The notes below the pieces were generated by a model. That model made no database searches, was not told the DNA's origin, and was given only the letters and a program-made list of their open reading frames with translations. A stretch of DNA of 64,000 bases from Candidatus Saccharimonadia bacterium. GTDB lineage: Bacteria > Patescibacteriota > Saccharimonadia > UBA4664 > JBBRNT01. Positions 28,265 through 37,557 of the stretch are shown piece after piece. The stretch covers positions 37,341-101,340 of the forward strand of contig JBBRNT010000002.1 in NCBI GenBank assembly GCA_038230095.1, given 5' to 3'. Within the stretch, counting starts at the first letter, position 1, and the number at the start of each line of letters is the position of its first letter. The position numbers were made by a program, and so were the translations under genes.

Positions 28265-28351
28265 CCCCATGCATAGTATGACAAGATACGTCTTATGCTA
28301 TCTCACAATTTTGAATACTGGCGCTCAAGGTTCTTTTGACGTCTGACGCTA

Positions 28352-28458
28352 TTGACACCAGCGGTGTCTTCCGCGAAAATCAGTCAGGATAAAACAACAT
28401 ACGCATAAAAACCAGCTAGGGTTAACCGCATTTCTCGAGATAGCTCGGGTATTTTTTT
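28352..28458 (+). promoter_or_regulatory. greA promoter and leader with imperfect terminator
   Basis: TTGACA-17-GAAAAT; ACCAGCTA...TAGCTCGGGT followed by a 7-T run before the SD. Confidence 0.5.
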
Positions 28459-28491
28459 ACGCTTTTACCGCCAAGTTCAGGAGGAACAACC

Positions 28492-28959
28492 ATGCAGACG
28501 ACCAAAAAAGACTACTTTCTAACCAGCGAAGGCATTGCCAAGCTGCGTGAGGACTTGCACGATCTGACTACTACCCAGCGCCATGAAGTGGCTGCAAAAC
28601 TGAAAGAAGCCAAAGAGTATGGCGACTTGAGTGAGAATATTCAGTGGGATGACGCCAAAGACCGCCAGGCATTTATAGAAGGCCGGATTGCAGAAGTCGA
28701 AAACATTCTCAAGCACTCAGTAATGATTGAAGTAACTGAGAGCGATTCTGTTACGCTCGGCTCCACTGTCCACCTTATACTCGAAGACGGTGAGCAGCAC
28801 TACACAATTGTAGGCTCGACAGAGGCTAACCCAGATGAGGGTAAGATCTCCAATGAGTCGCCAATTGGTATGGCACTGATGGGTAAGAAAAAAGGTGAGG
28901 AAGTGGAAGTCCAGGTACCATCCGGCACCATGACCTACAAGATTAAACACGTAGCCTAG
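28492..28959 (+). CDS. greA: Transcription elongation factor GreA
   Basis: GDLSEN, ISNESPIG. Confidence 0.96.
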   Translation: MQTTKKDYFLTSEGIAKLREDLHDLTTTQRHEVAAKLKEAKEYGDLSENIQWDDAKDRQAFIEGRIAEVENILKHSVMIEVTESDSVTLGSTVHLILEDGEQHYTIVGSTEANPDEGKISNESPIGMALMGKKKGEEVEVQVPSGTMTYKIKHVA

Positions 28960-29106
28960 TGCGAGCCGGCGTTCTGGGCGGTAAGCCCACCGTCAGACCG
29001 TCCATCGCTCCATCGCCGTACCCGTATATGTCTTAGTCCGCTACATGGGTTTACCTTGAACCTCCATTTACCAGACCGCTTGCCTGATATGAATGAGTGG
29101 AAAATG

Positions 29107-29142
29107 AAAAGAGCGATGAACTGAAGAGTTCGTCGCTCTTTG
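29107..29142. terminator. Terminator between convergent genes
   Basis: AAAGAGCGATGAAC-loop-GTTCGTCGCTCTTT. Confidence 0.7.
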
Positions 29143-29173
29143 GTATGGGCTAGGGGAGGCGCTGGAGAAGGCG

Positions 29174-29737
29174 TTAGGGTAGGCCTGGGTAGAGGGACTG
29201 CAGCCGGAAGTGTGGGCGCATGACCTGGAGCGTCGCCCCAAAGCCCAGCTCAGGATAGCGGCCGGTGTGGCCATGGGTATGGATGGCGTCGGCTATGACG
29301 CGATCGTGCGTGACCATGATGACGCTGCGAGGCTGACTAGGCGTAGCCAGGCTGCCCTGCTCGAGGAGCGCATCGCCCAGAGCGGCTAGTGGGTCGCAGT
29401 GACTAGTAAGATTGAGCTGTTCCTTGCCGTTGGGCTCGTCTGCCAGTGAAAGCTGTGAGGGTGGGTCTAGCAGCTGCTGGATGAGGAAGTCGGCGGTAAC
29501 TACCGTCCGCGTACGGAGGGAGTGCCAGACTACAAATTGGCGGTCTATACGCTCGCGCAGCAATGCGGCGGCCTCCGTCAGGGCCGCGGAGGACGCTCCG
29601 ACCAGCCTGGAAGTATTGCCTAGGCTCAGAACCTCACCGTGGCGCACCAGGAAGACTGTAAGGTAAGGCGGTAGGATTGGTGAGGATGGGGGAGCCGGTG
29701 CTGGAGCGGCCGGCGGATGGCGTCGTAGCCATTTCAT
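29174..29737 (-). CDS. Histidine phosphatase superfamily (SixA-like) protein
   Basis: VFLVRHGE, S..R...TA, MVTH; SD GAGGT. Confidence 0.75.
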   Translation of the reverse strand: MKWLRRHPPAAPAPAPPSSPILPPYLTVFLVRHGEVLSLGNTSRLVGASSAALTEAAALLRERIDRQFVVWHSLRTRTVVTADFLIQQLLDPPSQLSLADEPNGKEQLNLTSHCDPLAALGDALLEQGSLATPSQPRSVIMVTHDRVIADAIHTHGHTGRYPELGFGATLQVMRPHFRLQSLYPGLP

Positions 29738-29829
29738 CGGAACCTCATTTCAATGGGCTTTGTACTCTTGTACCTGCAAAACCAATATTTGGCAAGCAAT
29801 ATCAGGTCTATTTTGGTATGATACCTGCT

Positions 29830-32127
29830 ATGAATGACACCTCGCAAAGCAAATACTGGCTTGACCAAGTGGTAGCGGCCGCCCTCGAGGCGAACCCCAA
29901 GGGAGATATTGTAGTCTCTAGCGGCCACTCCCCATCTGGCAATTATCATATTGGGACGATCCGAGAGACCATGACGGCTGCGGCTATTACCCAAGCTATC
30001 GCGCTGGCTGCGCCCAAGCGGACGGTGCGCCACATAGACTTCGTAGACGATTTTGACGCCTTGCGTAAGATTCCGGCTGGCTTACCTGAGGCTATGTCTC
30101 AATACCTCGGGCAGCCGCTCTACCTGGTGCCGAGCCCTGATGGACAAGGGAGCTACGGGGATTTCTATCTGAAGCCGCTCTACTCTGCGCTTGAACAGTG
30201 TGGGGTGGTGCCAGAAATTATTCATGGCTACGAGTACTACCAGAGCGGCGAAATGACCGAAATGATCGAAACTGCCCTGAGTAAGCAAGACCAGATCCGC
30301 GAGATCTATGCTGTGGTGGGTGGCCGGGAGGTGTCGGCAGACTGGTCGCCGGTACAGCTGCTGAGCGATGCTGGTAGCTTGCGGGAATGGTACTTTACCG
30401 GCTGGGACCAGCAGAGGCAGGTAGTGCTCTGGAAAGACGCCGAGGGTAAGACTGGTGAGCTGGACTACACTGGCGGACGAGTCAAGCTGGACTGGCGGCT
30501 AGACTGGCCAGCTCGCTGGGCCAAGCTGGGTGTGACAGTTGAGCCGTTTGGCCGGGACCACGCCACCAAGGGTGGGTCATACGACACCGGCGCCGCATTT
30601 GTGAAAGAGATCTTTGGCGGCCGGGCACCGCTGGCGGTACCCTATGAGTTCATTCTCCCGGCCGGCGCCAACAAGAAGTTTAGTAAATCGGCCGGTGGTG
30701 TCATAACGCCCGCTCAGGTGCTTGAGGTAATGCCGGCCGAGGTACTGCGGTACTTCATCCTGCGCTCGCGCCCAGCCAAGACACTTTACTTCGACACGGG
30801 CCTAGGGCTCTATAGTCTGCTCGATGAGTTTACCGAGGTCCAGGAGGCACTTTCGAACGGTCGGGATCACGACTTTGCGGCCGCTTACCGGGTGGCCACG
30901 GCTGCTTCGACGGAGAAGGCTATTGCCAGTGTACCGTTTAACCACCTGGTGACGGCGTACCAATCGGCTAGGCGGAATCCGGAAGAAACCATTGCCATCC
31001 TGAAGCGATCAGGCTGGAAGCCGGCGAACGCCGCCGAACAGCGGGTACTTGTCCAGGAAATGCAGTTTGTCGACCATTGGCTGGACCAGTACGCGCCAGA
31101 TAGCGTCAAATTTAGCCTACAGGAGCAACTGCCTATCATTGCACCATCGGCGGCCGAGATGACCTTCCTAGCGACTTTAGCCGATGCTATCGAGTTGGCG
31201 GAGAACCCGGATGGCCTTGCTATGCATCAGCTTGTCTATGAAGCCACCCAGAAAGCTGCCCTGAAGCCTCAGGAGGGCTTCAGAACGCTGTATCAGCTGC
31301 TTCTCAGCAAAGACAGCGGACCAAAAGCGGGATGGTTCCTGGCGAGCCTAGACAAGCCATGGCTGGTTTCTCGGCTCCGGGCTGGGGCAAAAGGCTCAAA
31401 TGGTGCGGCTAAACAGACCAAAACCACTGTGCTAGCCGTGCAGCTACCGGATGGACGTAGCTTGTCTGTAGACCCAGCAATTATCAAAGCCTTCCCTGAT
31501 ACCCAGGTGGGCTATCTTGTTGCAAACCTGAAGGTACAAGTCTCGGCAGGGGATGTGGCACTGTTCCAGGAACTACGTGACCACCTAGACGAGCGCCAGA
31601 TTGATCTGGAGCTGCTCGCAAAACTGCCAGAAGTCCAGGTGTGGCGGGAGGCCTATCGGGGCTTTGGCGCCAAGGCCAGTGACTACAAGAGCTCGCTAGA
31701 GGCTCTGCTGCGGCGCGTGCTAACGGATAAGCCCTGGGCAGTAAACTCGGTGGTGGACGGCTACAACCAGATAAGCGTGAAGCATCTGGTACCTATGGGT
31801 GCGATGGATCTGGACCATGTTAAGGGCGACATAGCGCTCAGGTACGGCCGGGAGGGCGAGTCGGCTCAGCTGCTGGGCATGGATAAGGCCGTGGCGGTAA
31901 CTCCAGCACAGGTGGTGTATGCCGATGAGCGCCAGATCATTTCCTGGCTCTGGAACCACCGCGATGCGGCGGGGACAGGTGTAAGCCTGGCAACCAAACA
32001 GGCCATTTTCTTTATTGATAGCCAGACTGGCCGCCAGCCTGTAGAGGCCGCATTAGCAGAGCTAGTTGACTGGTTGGAGCAATCCGGTGGGCAGGTACTG
32101 GCCCAGGGCATACTGCCGGGCTTGTAA
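29830..32127 (+). CDS. lysS: Class I lysine--tRNA ligase fused to C-terminal B3/4 domain
   Basis: SPSGNYHIGT, KLDWRLDWPARW, EPFGRDH, KFSKS; C-term WREAYRGFG..SSLEALLRR..NSVVDGYN..GAMDLD..YADE..WNHRD. Confidence 0.93.
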   Translation: MNDTSQSKYWLDQVVAAALEANPKGDIVVSSGHSPSGNYHIGTIRETMTAAAITQAIALAAPKRTVRHIDFVDDFDALRKIPAGLPEAMSQYLGQPLYLVPSPDGQGSYGDFYLKPLYSALEQCGVVPEIIHGYEYYQSGEMTEMIETALSKQDQIREIYAVVGGREVSADWSPVQLLSDAGSLREWYFTGWDQQRQVVLWKDAEGKTGELDYTGGRVKLDWRLDWPARWAKLGVTVEPFGRDHATKGGSYDTGAAFVKEIFGGRAPLAVPYEFILPAGANKKFSKSAGGVITPAQVLEVMPAEVLRYFILRSRPAKTLYFDTGLGLYSLLDEFTEVQEALSNGRDHDFAAAYRVATAASTEKAIASVPFNHLVTAYQSARRNPEETIAILKRSGWKPANAAEQRVLVQEMQFVDHWLDQYAPDSVKFSLQEQLPIIAPSAAEMTFLATLADAIELAENPDGLAMHQLVYEATQKAALKPQEGFRTLYQLLLSKDSGPKAGWFLASLDKPWLVSRLRAGAKGSNGAAKQTKTTVLAVQLPDGRSLSVDPAIIKAFPDTQVGYLVANLKVQVSAGDVALFQELRDHLDERQIDLELLAKLPEVQVWREAYRGFGAKASDYKSSLEALLRRVLTDKPWAVNSVVDGYNQISVKHLVPMGAMDLDHVKGDIALRYGREGESAQLLGMDKAVAVTPAQVVYADERQIISWLWNHRDAAGTGVSLATKQAIFFIDSQTGRQPVEAALAELVDWLEQSGGQVLAQGILPGL

Positions 32128-32193
32128 TTTCCAGATAGCGCCGGTATGCTACGGCTAATCCGGCGTAGTGCCGGTTGTTCCTGGAGGTAATAG

Positions 32194-32625
32194 ATGAGTG
32201 GTAGATGCGATCGAACCTCTCCAAAGCCGTCAGCCATCCGATGGGAGTCGCTGGCCCTGGTCAACCGAGCTCGACGTGGCTTTGGCCTCGCGGACCTCAC
32301 CGAACTGCCGGCGGGCGTGCCGGGCGAGCCAGAAGACTGTCCGCTGAAGCGCGGACTGAGGCCACTCGACCAGAGCTTGGCCGTCCTCAACTCTCGGATC
32401 ATCTGCGGTTCAGGCGCCTCGGCCAAGTACCTGGCAAAAGTCTGGGGTGGGCAGGCCAAGCGCTGCAAGGACGCTTGCTACCGGGGCCAGTGGGAATGTG
32501 CTCTGCCGGCCGTCATGGGCCTGTTCGTATCAGGCTTCGACAACCGACACCGTGGCTACCGCCACCTCATCGATCACGGTGGTGTGCTCGATTTGGCGCT
32601 GAGCCGAGCGAATGGGGCCACCTGA
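32194..32625 (+). CDS. Cys-rich hypothetical protein
   Basis: SD GGAGGT; 143 aa. Confidence 0.6.
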   Translation: MSGRCDRTSPKPSAIRWESLALVNRARRGFGLADLTELPAGVPGEPEDCPLKRGLRPLDQSLAVLNSRIICGSGASAKYLAKVWGGQAKRCKDACYRGQWECALPAVMGLFVSGFDNRHRGYRHLIDHGGVLDLALSRANGAT

Positions 32626-32760
32626 GCAAGAACTCTGCCTGACGAAGCAGACAGGCTGCCTGCGCCTGACCAAGCGCACGGCAGAACGACGCCAGCTCCG
32701 GGGCTGATTCCCCGGAGCTGGCACTTCATTTTATGGACTAATTGGACTAGAATAATCGCA

Positions 32761-33990
32761 ATGATTGATTTAAAACGCCTGAAGCAAAACCCTGAAGACT
32801 ATAAGGATTCCGCGCGTCGCCGCGGAATTGCTGTAGATATTGACAAGCTGCTTGTGCTTGAGGGTGAGCGTGGTCAGCTACAGCAACAGATAGAGGGCCT
32901 ACGCTCTCAGCTGAATTTCAAGGGCAAGCCTAGTGCTGAGCAGCTGGCAACACTTCAGGACACCAAAGCAGAACTGGAGAAACTGGACGCTAAGCTGGCA
33001 AAGTCGGACGAGGCTTACGCTGAGCTACTCTGGACAGTACCGAACCTGCTCGACGACAATACGCCGGATGGCGGCGAGGAGGGCAACCTGCCTATTAGCC
33101 ACCATGGTGATACTACTAAGCGTGACTTTGACGTTATTGACCACGCTACCTACTCCGAGCAACATGATCTGCTGGACTTCGAGCGAGGCGCCAAAGTAGC
33201 TGGTGCCAAGTTCCTCTTCAGTAAAGGCCAGGCCGTACGCCTCGAGATGAGCGTAATGCGCATGGCCATGGACCTTCTGGAAACTGCTGGATTTACCCTA
33301 ATGGGTGTGCCGCATATGGTAAATTCCAAGATTGCTGCTGGTACCGGCTTTCTACCCCGGGGCGAGGAACGCCAGATCTATAAGATAGAGGGGGAGGATC
33401 TGAACCTGATAGCTACGGCCGAGCTGCCGCTTACTGGCTACCACGCCGAGGAGATTATTGACCCAGCCAGCCTACCACTGGCTTACGTCGGAATCAGCCC
33501 TTGCTACCGGATGGAGGCTGGGGCCTACGGCAAGCACAGCAAGGGCTACTTCCGGGTGCACCAGTTCGACAAGCTGGAAATGTACATTTACTGCAAGCCA
33601 GAAGACAGCGCTACCTGGCACGACAAGATCCTCGCGATTGAGGAGCAGATAGTGCAGTTGCTGGAGATACCGTACCGCGTGGTTCGGATTGCCGCGGGGG
33701 ACTTAGGCGCGCCGGCGTATAAAAAATTTGACGTCGAGTATTGGAGCCCGGTAGACGGCGAGTACCGTGAACTAACAAGTTGTTCAAACTGTACCGATTT
33801 CCAGGCCCGGCGGCTGGCCATACGCACACGTGACTCGGAGGGGAAGACGGTAATTTGCCATACCCTGAATGGTACCGCTATTGCCTTTAGCCGGACCTAT
33901 ATTGCCTTACTTGAGAACCATCAAACCGCTGACGGGACCGTACGGATCCCTGAGGCCTTGCAACCATATTATGGAGGGAGCGTTCTATGA
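32761..33990 (+). CDS. serS: Serine--tRNA ligase
   Basis: LIATAE, RVHQFDKLE, ELTSCSNCTDFQARR, HTLNGT. Confidence 0.97.
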   Translation: MIDLKRLKQNPEDYKDSARRRGIAVDIDKLLVLEGERGQLQQQIEGLRSQLNFKGKPSAEQLATLQDTKAELEKLDAKLAKSDEAYAELLWTVPNLLDDNTPDGGEEGNLPISHHGDTTKRDFDVIDHATYSEQHDLLDFERGAKVAGAKFLFSKGQAVRLEMSVMRMAMDLLETAGFTLMGVPHMVNSKIAAGTGFLPRGEERQIYKIEGEDLNLIATAELPLTGYHAEEIIDPASLPLAYVGISPCYRMEAGAYGKHSKGYFRVHQFDKLEMYIYCKPEDSATWHDKILAIEEQIVQLLEIPYRVVRIAAGDLGAPAYKKFDVEYWSPVDGEYRELTSCSNCTDFQARRLAIRTRDSEGKTVICHTLNGTAIAFSRTYIALLENHQTADGTVRIPEALQPYYGGSVL

Positions 33991-34367
33991 TTAAGCTGCA
34001 CATTACTGGCCACAACTACGATCTGGACGAGAAAGTAACACAGTATGCTCAGGATAAGATAGGCGGGCTCGACAAGTACCTGCCCAAACGCACCAAGAAC
34101 TCGACTGGCCAGGTGAAGCTAGCCTTCGACGCCAGTGGGCGAGAAGACAATTGCTACACCTGTGAGGCTCAGCTGGAAGTACCCGGCCCCAATCTGGAGG
34201 CCAAGGAGGCTACGCTAAACATTTATGCCGCCATAGACATAGTAGCCGCCAAGCTGAAGTCCCAGGCTACGAAATACAAGCAGAAACATGGTGGTAAGCG
34301 TCGTCGCCAGGCTATGCAGCTATTCAACCGAGTACTGCGCCGTTCCATACCGGCTGAAGAGATCTAG
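33987..34367 (+). CDS. raiA: Ribosome hibernation factor HPF/RaiA (short)
   Basis: ITGHN, IYAAIDIV..KL..Q..KYK; upstream of secA. Confidence 0.88.
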   Translation: MIKLHITGHNYDLDEKVTQYAQDKIGGLDKYLPKRTKNSTGQVKLAFDASGREDNCYTCEAQLEVPGPNLEAKEATLNIYAAIDIVAAKLKSQATKYKQKHGGKRRRQAMQLFNRVLRRSIPAEEI

Positions 34368-34437
34368 GCCATACCAAGGCTCCATCTGGAATCCTTACTC
34401 AAAACACGCTATACTACCTAGGTTATGGAGCCCATAC

Positions 34438-37020
34438 ATGTCTATTTGGCAAAAAATTCTTGGTGATCCCAATGTACGGGAGATTACCCGCGTTCAACCT
34501 CTCCTCGAGGCTACTCGGGCATTTGAAAAAGAATACCTGAAACTATCCGATGCTGACCTGAAGAATAAGACTCAGTTGTTTCGAGCTCGGGTCGAGAAGG
34601 GCGAGACGCTGGATGCCCTATTGCCAGAGGCTTTTGCAGCTGTACGCGAGGCGGCCGGCCGGGCGATCGGCCAGCGGCACTACGATGTACAGCTGATAGG
34701 CGCCATTGTGCTGCACGAGGGCAAGATAGCCGAAATGCGCACCGGTGAGGGCAAGACCCTGGTGGCCACTGCAGCTGCCTACCTGAACGCGTTGGCTGGT
34801 AAGGGCGTGCATGTAGTGACTGTCAACGACTACCTAGCAACACTCCACGGCGCGTGGATGGGCCAGGTGTATGCAGCGCTCGGTCTCACAACGGGTGTGA
34901 TTATTCACGAGCAGGCACTTATCTATGACCCCAGCTACGACAATGCCACCCACGAGGACCCTCGTATGCGCCCGGTGCGGCCGGTGTCTCGCCAAGAGGC
35001 CTACGAGGCTGACATTACCTACGGTACCAATAATGAGTTTGGATTTGACTACCTACGTGACAATATGGTGGACGATGAGAGCCGCATGGTACAGCGCACA
35101 CTGAACTACGCCATTGTGGACGAAGTGGACTCCATCCTCATAGATGAGGCCAGAACGCCGCTTATTATCTCCTCGCCAGCAGGGGAGAGTACCGACAAGT
35201 ACTACCAATTTGCCCAGATTGCCGCTAGGCTCCAGATAGAAGAGCACTATACACTCGACGAGAAGCTACGGGCCGTCAGCCTGACGGATAGCGGCGTGGA
35301 AGCTATCGAGAAGGCTCTCGGAGTAGACAATGTCTATGAGGCGGGACGGATTGAGGACGTGCACCACATTGAGCAGGCGCTAAAGGCTGAAGCAGTATTT
35401 AAGCGCGACAAGGACTACGTCGAACGTGACGGTGAGATTATTATCGTGGATGAGTTTACTGGCCGCCTTATGCATGGGCGCCGCTACTCGGAGGGACTGC
35501 ATCAGGCGATTGAGGCTAAGGAGGGTGTGGAGATCCGCCAGGAGTCGCTAACTCTAGCCACTGTGACCTTCCAGAACTACTTCCGCTTGTACAGTAAGCT
35601 CGCGGGTATGACGGGTACGGCCGCCACCGAGGCTGAGGAATTTAGCAAGATCTACAAGCTAGAGGTGACGACCGTCCCCACAAACAACCCGATGGTTCGT
35701 AAGGATGCTACCGACCGCATTTACAAAACCGAGATGGGCAAGTTCGGGGCCGTAGTGGCCGACGTGGCAGAGCGCCATGCCAGCGGCCAGCCAGTGCTGC
35801 TAGGAACGGTGTCTATCGAGAAGAACGAGCTCCTCAGCCGCCTGCTGCACCAAGCGGGGATTGCTCACCAGCTACTAAATGCCAAGAACAATGAGTACGA
35901 AGCAGCAATTATTGCCGCTGCGGGCAAGCGCGGGGCGGTGACCCTAGCCACTAATATTGCCGGTCGTGGTACGGACATTGTGCTCGAACCGGGTGTGGCT
36001 GAGCTAGGTGGGTTGCATGTAATAGGCACAGAGCGGCATGAAAGCCGGCGCATCGACAACCAGCTGCGTGGCCGCGCCGGCCGCCAGGGTGATCCAGGCT
36101 CTACGCAATTCTTTGTGTCGCTGGAAGATGATCTAATGCGCATATTTGGTGGCGAACGCTTGAGCGCTATGATGACGACACTGGGCGTGGATGAGAACAC
36201 ACCAATCGAGAACGGTATGGTCAGCCGGAGCCTAGAAAGCGCACAAAAGCGCGTAGAAGGCCACAACTTTGACGCCCGCAAGCAGCTAGTGGACTACGAC
36301 GATGTCATGAACAGACACCGCGAGGCCATGTACGCCAGACGCCGCGCTGCTCTGGCCCACGTGAATTTGCGGCCCGAGATAACCACCATGGTGGAGCACG
36401 AGCTTACCGCTATGGTGAAGGCTCATACGGACGTTCGCACCAGCGCAATTAATGTAGAGGAGCTTGCTGCTTCAGTAGCCGGCCTCATGCCGGTCAGTCC
36501 CGATCTAGAGAAGAAGCTGGGTAGCGTGCATAGCTCGGAGCTGGTAGATGTGCTGATGAAAGCGGCAAACGGCGTGTATGACGAGCGTGAGGTTGCCTTT
36601 AGTGAGTCGGGAATGCGCATCGCGGAGCGCCTGACATACCTACGCATCCTGGATAGTCTGTGGATTGAGCACCTGGAAGCCATGGATAATTTACGTAATG
36701 GTATTGGCCTGCGAGCGATTGGCCAGCGCGATCCGCTAGTAGAGTACAAGTCTGAAGCTTTCAAAATGTTTGGTCAGCTGCAACGCCTACTCGAAGAAGA
36801 GATAGCAAATACCATCTTCAAGGTCAGCATTTCGCGCGCTGATGAAGGGGAAGTGGTCGAGACAGCTCTTACGAGGGCCGCCAAGGCAGCTTCGACCAAT
36901 GCCGCCCTGGATGAGCCACCTAAGGGCAGTGACGCACCAGCAGGCAATAGCCTGGAAGGTGCGAGTCGAGCCGAACGGCGCCGCGCCGAGAGGGCTGCCA
37001 AGAAGAAGAACCATAGCTAG
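34438..37020 (+). CDS. secA: Preprotein translocase subunit SecA
   Basis: MRTGEGKT, DEVDSILIDEARTPL, RIDNQLRGRAGRQGDPG, QRDPLVEY. Confidence 0.98.
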   Translation: MSIWQKILGDPNVREITRVQPLLEATRAFEKEYLKLSDADLKNKTQLFRARVEKGETLDALLPEAFAAVREAAGRAIGQRHYDVQLIGAIVLHEGKIAEMRTGEGKTLVATAAAYLNALAGKGVHVVTVNDYLATLHGAWMGQVYAALGLTTGVIIHEQALIYDPSYDNATHEDPRMRPVRPVSRQEAYEADITYGTNNEFGFDYLRDNMVDDESRMVQRTLNYAIVDEVDSILIDEARTPLIISSPAGESTDKYYQFAQIAARLQIEEHYTLDEKLRAVSLTDSGVEAIEKALGVDNVYEAGRIEDVHHIEQALKAEAVFKRDKDYVERDGEIIIVDEFTGRLMHGRRYSEGLHQAIEAKEGVEIRQESLTLATVTFQNYFRLYSKLAGMTGTAATEAEEFSKIYKLEVTTVPTNNPMVRKDATDRIYKTEMGKFGAVVADVAERHASGQPVLLGTVSIEKNELLSRLLHQAGIAHQLLNAKNNEYEAAIIAAAGKRGAVTLATNIAGRGTDIVLEPGVAELGGLHVIGTERHESRRIDNQLRGRAGRQGDPGSTQFFVSLEDDLMRIFGGERLSAMMTTLGVDENTPIENGMVSRSLESAQKRVEGHNFDARKQLVDYDDVMNRHREAMYARRRAALAHVNLRPEITTMVEHELTAMVKAHTDVRTSAINVEELAASVAGLMPVSPDLEKKLGSVHSSELVDVLMKAANGVYDEREVAFSESGMRIAERLTYLRILDSLWIEHLEAMDNLRNGIGLRAIGQRDPLVEYKSEAFKMFGQLQRLLEEEIANTIFKVSISRADEGEVVETALTRAAKAASTNAALDEPPKGSDAPAGNSLEGASRAERRRAERAAKKKNHS

Positions 37021-37098
37021 CTCTCAGCCAGATCTAAGGTTGGTTTGGTAGTCTAGTAGTATTCATGCTAAATGTATGGAGCATAAGCGGTCTAGTTA

Positions 37099-37127
37099 TT
37101 GACAAAGTATGGCGTATATGCTACTAT
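37099..37127 (+). promoter_or_regulatory. Strong sigma70 promoter
   Basis: TTGACA-17 nt-TACTAT with extended TG. Confidence 0.8.
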
Positions 37128-37133
37128 GACCAA

Positions 37134-37557
37134 TCGCTCTGTTGCAGGTGGATTTCGCAGGTAACTGCTGAGTCCAAAACCTGTAGCGGATAAGAGTGGA
37201 CATTGATAAATCGGATAGTCTATGAGCATGAGTGGCCTGGATTAGCCTAGCTAACCCGAGCTGTTCTTGTCTCAGTAATATACAAATCTAAAACCAATGT
37301 CGCTCGTCGTGAGCAGCGTGCTGCTGGCGTGATAGTTGCCGCCCAACTAGCAGACCAGTAGCACGCTGCTCATACTCGAGCATCTACTTCTCATGGACGT
37401 CTCCCGGAAGGGCAGATTGCTACCAAGATCTCCGCAGCAATGCGGGTTGCTGGACTTGTCCAGCGCGCCTCAGAAATGAGGCAAACCCGCCGCTATCTGC
37501 GCGCGGTCCGAGGGCAATTCCGCCCAATTCCAGACCCCCGAAAGGGAAGGGAGAATC
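37134..37557 (+). ncRNA. Long structured 5' leader / candidate novel ncRNA
   Basis: Multiple helices incl. 19-bp stem 37309-37327/37355-37373 and GNRA loops (GUAA, GGAA, GCAA, GAAA x2); no plausible + strand ORF. Confidence 0.65.

Noticed and set aside
37134-37557. RNase P RNA, tmRNA, SRP RNA, rRNA fragment or group I/II intron
   Set aside because: No GAGGAAAGUCC, tRNA-like ends, SRP helix-8 motif or intron core could be found by eye
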